Below are positions 1 through 8,395 of a stretch of DNA of 64,000 nucleotides, one piece after another (positions within the stretch are counted from its first letter, which is position 1; the number at the start of each line of letters is the position of its first letter). The DNA is from Planctomycetota bacterium (GTDB taxonomy: Bacteria > Planctomycetota > SZUA-567 > H5-PLA8). Both the position numbers and the translations under genes were made by a program. The stretch lies in the NCBI GenBank assembly GCA_045863855.1, contig BTVV01000005.1, forward strand, positions 53,631 to 117,630. Reading direction: 5' to 3'. The notes beneath the pieces are model-generated. The model saw only the letters and a list, made by a program, of their open reading frames with translations, was not told where the DNA came from and searched no databases.

Positions 1-693
1 CCAAGTCGGCTGGCCCGGTGCGGTGCCGGGCGCGCCAGCGCCGCGAGCAAAAGTAAAGAGTGCGGGCTGCGGAAACCTTGGACCGAGGACGCGGGTCCAG
101 AAGCCGGCTTCGCCCATACCCAGTGCCAGGAGCGGCGGCTTGCCGGGTCGGTCTTCGCAGAGCAGTTCCAACAGGGCCGCACTCTCAAGGATCGTCGCGG
201 GCGTGACGGCGAGCTTAACGACGTCCGCTCCGGCGGCTTCGGCATCTTCGCGGAAATCGCGCAGGCGCGAGCGCGGCGGGACGCGTTCGAAATCGTGGTA
301 GCTGACGACCAGCCGAGTGACCCCGGTGGCGCGCGCGTCTTGCAAGGCCTTCCAAACTTCCGGCGCGCGCTGAATCGTATGCATTTCGAGATCTACGAAC
401 GCCGCGCCTTGGCGAGCGGCCCGTTCGAGGTACCTGCCGCGCTCGGCGTCGGAGACTTCCTGCCGCGCGCCACCTTCCTCCACGCTGCGGTAGGTCACCA
501 CCAGCTTCTCGGGGCCCAAACGCTTCAAGACGGCGTCCAGAGCTTCCGGCGTAAGGTCGGCGTAGCGATCGAGGCGCAACTCGATCAGAAAGGCGCCTGG
601 CGGGCGGGCAGCCAAGTCCGCGAACTCGGCATCGGCCACGAGGGCGGCCAGCGAGTCATGGTGGGAGGCGACGCAGATGGACGGGTGGTTCAT
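1..693 (-). CDS. aroD: Type I 3-dehydroquinate dehydratase (runs off the left edge; may be fused to shikimate dehydrogenase)
   Basis: Not in the ORF track. Manual translation from ATG at 693: MNHPSICV...IELRLD...VTYRSVEEGG...SYHDF...LGMGEAG...TAPGQ, all type I DHQase motifs. Confidence 0.85.
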   Translation of the reverse strand, partial: MNHPSICVASHHDSLAALVADAEFADLAARPPGAFLIELRLDRYADLTPEALDAVLKRLGPEKLVVTYRSVEEGGARQEVSDAERGRYLERAARQGAAFVDLEMHTIQRAPEVWKALQDARATGVTRLVVSYHDFERVPPRSRLRDFREDAEAAGADVVKLAVTPATILESAALLELLCEDRPGKPPLLALGMGEAGFWTRVLGPRFPQPALFTFARGAGAPGTAPGQPTW

Positions 694-917
694 GCGGTGA
701 ATTGTAGCGTAAGGCTTGCCTTCCACTAGCATCTGTAAGCGGAAGGCACCCGGCGCAAGCACCATGCGCAGCCTTAAGGCTTTTTGAAGGACGACGGCCC
801 CGGCGCATCTAGGTCAGTACCCTTTTCCAACGGGCTGTTAAGGTACGCTTTCTCGCAATCCGGCTTGTGAGCCCCTACCTTTTAGTTAACTTGGTGCCCA
901 TGATGGCTGGTTCCTCA

Positions 918-2711
918 ATGAACCGCGCGGTACTTCACGGCGGTGTGCTGATCGCATGCGCATTGCTGGGGTCGTGCGAGTGGGCTCACGGCGAAGCCGA
1001 CCCGCAAACGCCGGTAGCGCCATCGCCGGCCGATGCCGTGGCGCGTCTGCTGGCGCGGGCCGAAGAACCGCCCCTCCTTACGATCGTCTTGCCGGACCTG
1101 CACCGCCTGCCCAGCCGCCTGGCGCAATCGCACGTGGGTCATTTCGTGCTCGATCCGAATTACGATCAAGGCCGCGCCCTCCTGCTCCAAAAACTCAACG
1201 AGGCCAGCGGGACGGACCTGGAAGCGTTGTGGACAAATCTGCGCGCGCATATCGAAGGGCCGGTGGCGCTGGTGCTTTCGCGCGCCGCGCCGCTGAACGA
1301 AGGCGACATTCCGGGGTTCAAGTTGCGCTTGCTGGCCAGCGTTCCGGATGCGGCTTCGATCGAAGCGGTGCAGGCGGCGTGGCCGCGCCTGCCGCCGCAG
1401 TCGGGCCATCTGCTCTCCTTATTGCGTCCGCAACTGTATGCGCGCGAGGCGCTCGCGGCGGAAGCCGCGCCGCCAGAATGGGCGGTCCGGATCGCCCGCG
1501 CGCCGGGGTTGGTGCGCGTGCAAGCGCGCCCGCGCGCGCTCAACGCCGCCCTGCGCGAGTGGGCCACGGTGCTTCCCGTTACGGACCGCTCGGGCTGGAT
1601 GGAAGCCGTTCAAGCCACGGCGGCCTTGGAGTTCGAGACGCTCACGCTCGACCTGCGCACCGAAGGAGGGCAGTTCGAAGAGCGCCTGGAACTGGAACCG
1701 CTGGCGGAAGGCGGTCGGACGCTCTCGCGACTGTTGCGCGGAATGGCGGCCAAACCGCGCCCGTGGACGAGCCTGACGTCGGCGCTGCCCGGCCGCCAAG
1801 CGCTGGCGCTGCTCTTTCAACTCGAGCCCGAAAAGCTTTCCGACGAACTGCCGTATCTGTTTCAGGCGCTGGAGCGAACCGTACGCGGGCGGAAATGGAT
1901 GCGTACGCAGGGCGATTCGCCCGAAGCGCGAGACCCGGAACGCTTTGCGTTTTTGACCACGGGATTGTCGGGCATCGTGGGCTTGACCGCTCAGCCTTCG
2001 GTAACGGGAAAAGTCGATGTGGTGCTGGCCGCGGCGAGCAAGGAGCGCGACGTGGAAGCGCATCGCGTGCGGCTGCTGAAGGGCCTCGAAGCGCTCGACG
2101 CGAATTTCCTGACGCTGCACCAGGCCGCGCGGATCGGGACGCACGCGCCACTGGCCGCGCAGTTCAAAGGGCCGGATCTGCTTCCGGCTCCGGTGATCGG
2201 GTTGAGCGAAGGCTGGCTGTGGCTCTGTTCGACCACCGGAGCGTACGGCGTCCTAACGCAAGCCTTCGCGAGCGGCAAGACGCTGGCGCAGGATCCTCCG
2301 CCCTTCCCCGCGCCGCGTGAGGACGGTTCCTATTTTGCGCGCCCCGATGCCAGCGCCCTGCGTATGAGCATCAACCTCGAGATGCTCGCGCCGCTGGGCT
2401 ACACCTCCTGGCTGCTCTCGAAAGAAGGGCCGACGATCGGGGACTGGAAGGTGCCCGGCGAACTGCTGCCGCAGCCGGGGCTCTTCGCCAACCGCATGGG
2501 CCGGCTCGAAACGGATCTCTGGACCGAAGACGGCACGGTCCGCGGCTACGGGCGCGGACCGATTCCCTTGGGTGCGGTGCTGACGCTGGCGCTGGTCGGC
2601 GAGACGGGGCGGATCGTGGAGATCCTGCAACGGCCGCCAGGCACGGTGCTGGAAGAGTTGAAGGCGCTGACCCAACCGGCGAGCGGCGCGAAGCCGGAGC
2701 CGCGGCCATGA
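918..2711 (+). CDS. Hypothetical exported protein
   Basis: Long ORF with N-terminal signal-like segment; ATGA overlap with the next gene; start could be further upstream (ORF track opens at 867). Confidence 0.7.
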   Translation: MNRAVLHGGVLIACALLGSCEWAHGEADPQTPVAPSPADAVARLLARAEEPPLLTIVLPDLHRLPSRLAQSHVGHFVLDPNYDQGRALLLQKLNEASGTDLEALWTNLRAHIEGPVALVLSRAAPLNEGDIPGFKLRLLASVPDAASIEAVQAAWPRLPPQSGHLLSLLRPQLYAREALAAEAAPPEWAVRIARAPGLVRVQARPRALNAALREWATVLPVTDRSGWMEAVQATAALEFETLTLDLRTEGGQFEERLELEPLAEGGRTLSRLLRGMAAKPRPWTSLTSALPGRQALALLFQLEPEKLSDELPYLFQALERTVRGRKWMRTQGDSPEARDPERFAFLTTGLSGIVGLTAQPSVTGKVDVVLAAASKERDVEAHRVRLLKGLEALDANFLTLHQAARIGTHAPLAAQFKGPDLLPAPVIGLSEGWLWLCSTTGAYGVLTQAFASGKTLAQDPPPFPAPREDGSYFARPDASALRMSINLEMLAPLGYTSWLLSKEGPTIGDWKVPGELLPQPGLFANRMGRLETDLWTEDGTVRGYGRGPIPLGAVLTLALVGETGRIVEILQRPPGTVLEELKALTQPASGAKPEPRP

Positions 2712-4453
2712 AACGCGCGACAGCGATTTGGGCGGCGTGCCTGCTGCCCCTGCTGCTCTCTGGCTGCGGAGAGGACGTGAACCGCTACCGGCTGCTGATG
2801 GCCGAACGCGTCGCGGGAAAGACCTACCTGCTGGCGGAATACGAGCCGCTTTCTCAAGGCAGCGGGCAGAGTTACTTCGCGGTCTACACGCCCCGCGGCG
2901 GCGATCCGGCTTCGTGGCAGTTGGCGCTCGAAGACCGCACCGGTCCTGTCTTCGGCACGTTCGTCTACCGTGACCCGCAGGGCGTCGAGCAACTGGGCCT
3001 GCTGCATCCGACGCAGGCGAACTTTTACACCTTCGGCGACGGCGATCCGCAGGTGGTCTCGCGCAACATCCCGTTCAAGTGGTGGGCCGAGACGGGCGCG
3101 CAGCTGAGCGAGCAGGTGTTCCTTTTCGGCGGCGATTTCGCGGCGCGCAAGGTGGTGGACGGGAAGCTGATCGGCCGCCTGGCGGTGGCGGCCTTCGACG
3201 GCGGCGAGATCAAGGAACTGGAACTTTCCGGGAGCCCGCCGATCCAGAATCTGCACTTTTGGCTGCGCGCGGTGCCCCAAGGCGAAAAAATCCACGTGTT
3301 CTGGCGCGAAGCGGAAGTGTACGGCACGCTCGATTTCGAACCGCCGGTGCGCTTCGTCGGGCCGCTGCGCGAAGCCGTCTTCGACGGCGCGGCGTTCGAA
3401 GACCAAGTGCGCGAATACGAACTGCCGCAGGGGTATACGACGGTATGGAGCGACGGGGGGCGCATCCGCGCGGCGGTGCAGCCGGTGAGCCGCGAGTTCG
3501 GTCAGTCGCCGCCTCCGCGGCTTTTCACGCTGGATGGCGCGGGCGGGGTCGAAGAGCGGCCGCTCTCGTTTCCGGCCGAAGAAGCGAAGCTGCGCTTCAA
3601 ATACTTCCTGGTGGAGAGGCTGCCGGGCTTCGAAGAAGATTTGCTGGTGCGTTCGAACTCGCAGCAGATCCAGCTTTGGCGCGCGACGCCCGAGGGCTGG
3701 CAAGCCAGCGGCCCGCTGGCCGGGCTTCCGGTCTACGGGGTCGAGCGCGTGCTGCTGGGCCTGCTGGCGTGCTGCGTGGCGACGGTGGCCGCGGGACTGG
3801 GGCTGGCGTGGCGTCGGCGGCGCCAATTGCAATACCTCGTCGAAAAGCTGAAGCCCAGCGACGTGCTGGCTCCGCTTTCGCTGCGCTTGAGCGCGCATAT
3901 GGTCGACTTGGCGGCGGTGGTGCTGGCGACCGAAGTCGTCACGCGTCTAGCCGACATGGAAGCGCCGCGCTGGTCGGAAATTCTGCTGAGTCTTCAGGTG
4001 CTCCCGCCGTTCTTCGTGTTGTACGTCGTCTATTTGGCGCTGGCCGAATGGCTGACGGGCAGTTCGCTGGGCAAATGGCTGCTGGGCCTGCGGGTGGTGA
4101 CCGACCGCGGCGAGCGTCCGGGGCTGTACGCGGCGTTCGTGCGCAACCTGGTGGGCTACTACGAGCGGCATCCGCTGCTGGCTCCGTTCGCGGCGTTGCC
4201 GACGATCGTGCTCACGCCGAAGCACCAGCGCCTGGGCGATCTGCTGGCGCATACGCTGGTGGTGCAGAAGTCCGCCATGGACCGCTACAAATCCGAACGC
4301 GAAGCGGAACTCGCCCGCGTCTCGAAGCCGCCGCAGGGCACGGACTCCGAAAGCAGGCGCCACGATCCGCCCCGCGACAGCGGCCTAATGGAAAAACCTC
4401 AAACGCAACCGCTGGAACCGCCCTCGCCCCAGGACCCGGACGACCGGGTATGA
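2708..4453 (+). CDS. Lipoprotein with large N-terminal domain and C-terminal RDD domain
   Basis: Lipobox LLSGC; C-terminal RLSAHMVD...GSSLGKWLLGLRVV...RN...QRLGDLLAHTLVV is the RDD signature. Confidence 0.8.
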   Translation: MKRATAIWAACLLPLLLSGCGEDVNRYRLLMAERVAGKTYLLAEYEPLSQGSGQSYFAVYTPRGGDPASWQLALEDRTGPVFGTFVYRDPQGVEQLGLLHPTQANFYTFGDGDPQVVSRNIPFKWWAETGAQLSEQVFLFGGDFAARKVVDGKLIGRLAVAAFDGGEIKELELSGSPPIQNLHFWLRAVPQGEKIHVFWREAEVYGTLDFEPPVRFVGPLREAVFDGAAFEDQVREYELPQGYTTVWSDGGRIRAAVQPVSREFGQSPPPRLFTLDGAGGVEERPLSFPAEEAKLRFKYFLVERLPGFEEDLLVRSNSQQIQLWRATPEGWQASGPLAGLPVYGVERVLLGLLACCVATVAAGLGLAWRRRRQLQYLVEKLKPSDVLAPLSLRLSAHMVDLAAVVLATEVVTRLADMEAPRWSEILLSLQVLPPFFVLYVVYLALAEWLTGSSLGKWLLGLRVVTDRGERPGLYAAFVRNLVGYYERHPLLAPFAALPTIVLTPKHQRLGDLLAHTLVVQKSAMDRYKSEREAELARVSKPPQGTDSESRRHDPPRDSGLMEKPQTQPLEPPSPQDPDDRV

Positions 4454-5064
4454 CGCCGGCGCGTCTGGAGTCCGTGCAGTTGGTGCTGGCTTCGGCCAGC
4501 GCGCGGCGGCGCGCGATTCTCGCCGATGCGGGGTTTACGTTCGTATCCCGCGATCCCGGTACGGTCGAGGACGCGGTGACCGCGGCGGCGACGCCCGAGG
4601 CCTTGGCGCTTGAGAAAGCTCGTGTGAAAGCGCGCGCTGTCGCCGCCGCATTGGGCAAGCCCGCGGTGGTGATCGGCGCGGATACGCTGGTCGCGCTGGG
4701 CGACGAGGTGCTGGGAAAGCCGGTGGACCGCGCGGACGCCGAGCGTATCCTGAAGCGGCTTTCGGGCACGCGGCATCGAGTCATCACGGGGCTTTGCCTC
4801 TGGCCGTGCGCGGTTCAGGCTGCGCCGGTGTTGGAGGCCGTGCCAACGTGGGTCACGATGCGCTCGATGAGCGCGTCCGAGATCCGGGCGTACGTGGATT
4901 CGGGCGAGGCGGACGACAAGGCGGGCGCCTACGCGATACAGGAGACCGGCGACCGCTTCGTCCGCGCGGTGGAAGGCAGCTTTCTGAACGTGGTGGGCTT
5001 TCCGCTGGAGCGCTTCCGGGAACTGCTTCCGGCGGCACTCGCCAAGTGGGGCTTCGTGGCGTAA
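4450..5064 (+). CDS. maf: Maf-family nucleoside triphosphate pyrophosphatase
   Basis: LVLASASARR, GADTLV, GKP, DKAGAYAIQ, NVVGFP motifs; ATGA overlap with the RDD gene. Confidence 0.93.
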   Translation: MTPARLESVQLVLASASARRRAILADAGFTFVSRDPGTVEDAVTAAATPEALALEKARVKARAVAAALGKPAVVIGADTLVALGDEVLGKPVDRADAERILKRLSGTRHRVITGLCLWPCAVQAAPVLEAVPTWVTMRSMSASEIRAYVDSGEADDKAGAYAIQETGDRFVRAVEGSFLNVVGFPLERFRELLPAALAKWGFVA

Positions 5065-5124
5065 AAGAGTCGCTTCCCCAACGGGCCCGGCGCCCGTAAC
5101 GAAGCATTCGAAGGGATCTCGACA

Positions 5125-5796
5125 ATGGCTCAAGACGGTGCGGCCGGTGTACTGCCCGGCGAACGGCGCGAGCAGGCGATGCGGCGCGGCGCGCGGGCGC
5201 TGTACCTGACGGCCTTCGCATCGGGCGCGGTGCTGATGGGCCTCCAGATCGCCGGCTCGCGGATTCTCGCCCCGCGCTTCGGAACGGCGATTTACGTCTG
5301 GGGCAGCCTGATCGGCCTGACGCTGGTGGCGATGGCGCTGGGCTACTGGCTGGGCGGCAAGCTGGCGGACAAGAAACCGCGCTATCCCGTGCTGGCGTCG
5401 ATTCTGATCGCCGCGGGCTTGTACGTCGCGCTGGTGATCTTTCCGCTGGGTACGCCGATCTGCAACGCGATCGCCGCCGCGATGCCTTCATCCCCGTACG
5501 CGCCTCTGCTGGCGGCCACTGTGATCTTTTTCGTGCCCTGTTTTCTGATGGCGATGACCAGTCCCTTCACGCTGCGCCTGTTGACGACGTCGCTGGCCGG
5601 CTTGGGCGGCGTGACAGGCCGGCTGTATGCGTTCTCGACGTTCGGTTCGATCTTCGGGACGCTGGCAACAACCTTCGCGCTGATTCCAAATGTTCGCGTC
5701 TCGCTTTCGCTGGGCGTGCTGGGCCTGGTGCTGGTGGCCGCGTGCGTTGCGGGGCTGGCGATGTTCAAGAGCGCGCCGGACGCGCAGGCCGCTTGA
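5125..5796 (+). CDS. Stand-alone membrane domain of the fused MFS/spermidine-synthase family
   Basis: SGAVLMGLQIAGSRILAPRFGT..WGSLIG...GYWLGG..AD...GRLYAFSTFGSIFGT; paralogous to the N-terminus of the next gene. Confidence 0.8.
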   Translation: MAQDGAAGVLPGERREQAMRRGARALYLTAFASGAVLMGLQIAGSRILAPRFGTAIYVWGSLIGLTLVAMALGYWLGGKLADKKPRYPVLASILIAAGLYVALVIFPLGTPICNAIAAAMPSSPYAPLLAATVIFFVPCFLMAMTSPFTLRLLTTSLAGLGGVTGRLYAFSTFGSIFGTLATTFALIPNVRVSLSLGVLGLVLVAACVAGLAMFKSAPDAQAA

Positions 5797-5818
5797 CACG
5801 GAACGATCGAGGAAAGAC

Positions 5819-7615
5819 ATGCCCGCCACGAAGCCGTTAGCCGCAGAGGATGCCGCAGTGGACACTCAAGCGCCGGCCATTCCAGTGGGAGACAGCGCCG
5901 CGGCGCAGCGCAGCGCCGCCTTGGCGCTGCATACGATCGTTTTCGTCTCCGGCGCCGCGCTGATGGGCATCGAGATCGCGGGGTCGCGCATCCTGGCGCC
6001 GAGCTTCGGGACTTCCATCTTCGTCTGGGGCAGCCTGATCGGTCTCGTGATGGGCGCCATGGCGCTGGGCTACTGGGTCGGCGGCATCCTGGCCGACACG
6101 CGCCCCTCTTACACGGTGTTGGCCACGATCGTAAGTTTGGCCGGCGTGTACACCTTCTTCATGATTCCCTATATGGGGCCGTGGTTGTGCGAAGGCGTCG
6201 CACGCAGCATCACGAGTCAGATGACCGGTCCGATTTTCGCCTGTACGCTGCTTTTCTTCGTACCGTCCTTCATGCTCGCGATCGTGACGCCCTTCGCGGT
6301 GAAGCTCTCGACTCGGCAGTTCACCAAAGTCGGCGGCGTGGCCGGGAGGCTGTTCGCGCTGAACACGCTGGGCAGCATCGTCGGCACGCTGGCGACAACC
6401 TTCCTGCTGCTGCCGAACTTTCATTTCACGAATACGCTTCAGGCGCTGGGCGTGGCGCTGGTAGCTTTCGCGCTCTTTACCTTGATACGCTTCAAGCAGG
6501 CGCTGAGCGGGATCACGCGCGAGGACCGGCACGGGCTGGCGCTGATGACGTTGATCCTGCTGGGTCTGGTGGAGTACTGGGCGATTTATCCGGTCGAACC
6601 GTGGGTTTCGCAGGGCCAGCGTCTGATGCACTACGAGGAGTCGGAGTACCACGACATCGGCGTCACCGAGTACGTGATGGACGAGGACAGCGGCCGCCTG
6701 CTCCCGCCGTACGACGTGGTCCGCTACCTGAAGTTCAACGAGAATATCGAGAGCGCGATTTTCCCTTACTGGTCGAAGTACCGCAACGCGGTGGGCTACA
6801 CGGACCTCCTGCATCTGCCGCTGATCTGGAACGCGCAGCCTAAAAAGATGCTCGTGGTGGGCGGCGGCGGCGGTGTGGCGCCGACCCAGTACATTCAGGA
6901 TTACGCCAGCATCGAGCGCGTGGACATTCTGGAACTCGACGACGCGGTGCGCCGCGTGGCACTCGAATATTTCCAGATGCCGAAGGACTCGCCCAAGCTG
7001 AACTTCATCATCGGCGATGCGCGCGCGAACCTCGCCCGCGCCGAAGGCCCCTACGATATCGTGATCCTCGATGCCTACAGTTCGGGCGGGCAGATTCCGT
7101 TCCACTTGATGACGTGGGAATTCATGCAGGAAGTAAAAGCCAAGCTGGCCCCGGGCGGTGTGCTGGTGACGAACATCATCGCCTCCATCGAGAACGAAGC
7201 TTCGGGAGGCGAACGGAATGCCGACCTGCTGCGTGCCGAGATCAAGACGCTGCAGCACCCGAAAGAGAACCCGCTCTTCAAGCAGGTGTACATCTTCCCG
7301 CGCGTCTACAATAAGGAAGGCGCCCTGCGCGGATACGAGACCGAGACGCGCAACATTATCGTCATTGCGAGCAACGAAGAGAAGCCCAAGTCGCGCGACG
7401 AGATCGTCGCCGCCGCCAAGCACCTGACCCAAGGCAAGAACCCCATCGTCAAGGTCGACAGCCGCGAATACATCTGGCACGCGGAGCACTTTTTCGACCG
7501 GACCTTCACCGAGGCGGAACTTTCCGAGGTCGAGCCGCTCACGGACGACTTCGCTCCGGTCGAAACGATGTACCGTCCGGTGAAGCGCAACGAGACCACC
7601 CAGCGGCATTGGTAG
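5819..7615 (+). CDS. Fused MFS-like membrane domain / spermidine-synthase-like SAM-dependent domain
   Basis: N-terminal multi-TM domain; C-terminal LVVGGGGG, ELD, GDAR, YDIVILDAYS, LTDDFAPVE; RBS gagga before ATG 5819. Confidence 0.88.
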   Translation: MPATKPLAAEDAAVDTQAPAIPVGDSAAAQRSAALALHTIVFVSGAALMGIEIAGSRILAPSFGTSIFVWGSLIGLVMGAMALGYWVGGILADTRPSYTVLATIVSLAGVYTFFMIPYMGPWLCEGVARSITSQMTGPIFACTLLFFVPSFMLAIVTPFAVKLSTRQFTKVGGVAGRLFALNTLGSIVGTLATTFLLLPNFHFTNTLQALGVALVAFALFTLIRFKQALSGITREDRHGLALMTLILLGLVEYWAIYPVEPWVSQGQRLMHYEESEYHDIGVTEYVMDEDSGRLLPPYDVVRYLKFNENIESAIFPYWSKYRNAVGYTDLLHLPLIWNAQPKKMLVVGGGGGVAPTQYIQDYASIERVDILELDDAVRRVALEYFQMPKDSPKLNFIIGDARANLARAEGPYDIVILDAYSSGGQIPFHLMTWEFMQEVKAKLAPGGVLVTNIIASIENEASGGERNADLLRAEIKTLQHPKENPLFKQVYIFPRVYNKEGALRGYETETRNIIVIASNEEKPKSRDEIVAAAKHLTQGKNPIVKVDSREYIWHAEHFFDRTFTEAELSEVEPLTDDFAPVETMYRPVKRNETTQRHW

Positions 7616-7669
7616 ACGCGCAGGTGCAGCACCTAAACCTGGCCCCCTAGCGCCTCATTTCGCCCCTAA

Positions 7670-7693
7670 GCACCGGTGCAATCGCACCGGCGC
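7670..7693. promoter_or_regulatory. Palindromic GCACCGGTGC(AA) site plus a second degenerate copy upstream of an ECF sigma gene
   Basis: GCACCGGTGCAA (7670-7681) is identical to 41140-41151; GCACCGGCGC at 7684-7693. Confidence 0.4.
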
Positions 7694-7763
7694 TGCTTTT
7701 TTCATCGATTTCTGGAATGCGCGGCTTCCTGCGGCGACGCTACTTCAGGAGGATCGTTCGCGC

Positions 7764-8378
7764 ATGGCGCTGACCACCGACGCTCAACGGATACTGAACT
7801 CGGCCGAAGGCCAGGCCGGGGCCGGCATTCCCGAACCCTTTTGGCAGATCGTCGAACGTTACCGCGGCGAACTGGTTAACCAGGCATACGCGATTCTCAA
7901 TCATGTTTCGGACGCCGAAGACGTGGTGCAGGAAACCTTCTGCGAAGCGTTCCAGCAGCCCGAGAAGCTGCAGGGGCTGCGCTCGCTGGGCGCGTATCTG
8001 CGCGCGATCAACAAGCGCAACGCCCTCGATCGTCTGCGCCAGGACCGGCGCGAAGCCGACCGCGTGGAGCGCAAAGAGCGGCTCGCGCGCCCGCGGCAAT
8101 CGACCACCGGCGGATTCACGGCGCTGGAACTTCGCGAATCGCTGACCCAGGCCATCGAGAGCCTTCCCGAAGCGCATCGCGCCGTGATGGTGCTGCGCTA
8201 TTGGGAAGGCTTGTCCTACGAAGAGATCGCGGCGCGGTTGAAGCTGCCGACGACGAGCGTCTGGCGCGTGGCCAGTGAAGCGTCGGAACGGCTGTTCGGA
8301 ACGCTGAAGCCGCAACTCGAGAACGGTTCCGCGCCTGCCGACCGCCCTACCGGCGAAGCGCCCACCTTGAATCCCTAG
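7764..8378 (+). CDS. ECF RNA polymerase sigma-70 factor
   Basis: Sigma2 DAEDVVQETF and N-x-A-x-D-x2-R; sigma4 LPEAHRAVMVLRYWEGLSYEEIA; RBS aggagg. Confidence 0.93.
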   Translation: MALTTDAQRILNSAEGQAGAGIPEPFWQIVERYRGELVNQAYAILNHVSDAEDVVQETFCEAFQQPEKLQGLRSLGAYLRAINKRNALDRLRQDRREADRVERKERLARPRQSTTGGFTALELRESLTQAIESLPEAHRAVMVLRYWEGLSYEEIAARLKLPTTSVWRVASEASERLFGTLKPQLENGSAPADRPTGEAPTLNP

Positions 8379-8395
8379 AAACGAAGAGGTGCCCC

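Noticed and set aside
7764..8378. Phosphorylation-activated ECF sigma factor (EcfP-like)
   Set aside because: All three sigma factors keep the acidic DAED motif and have adjacent anti-sigma candidates
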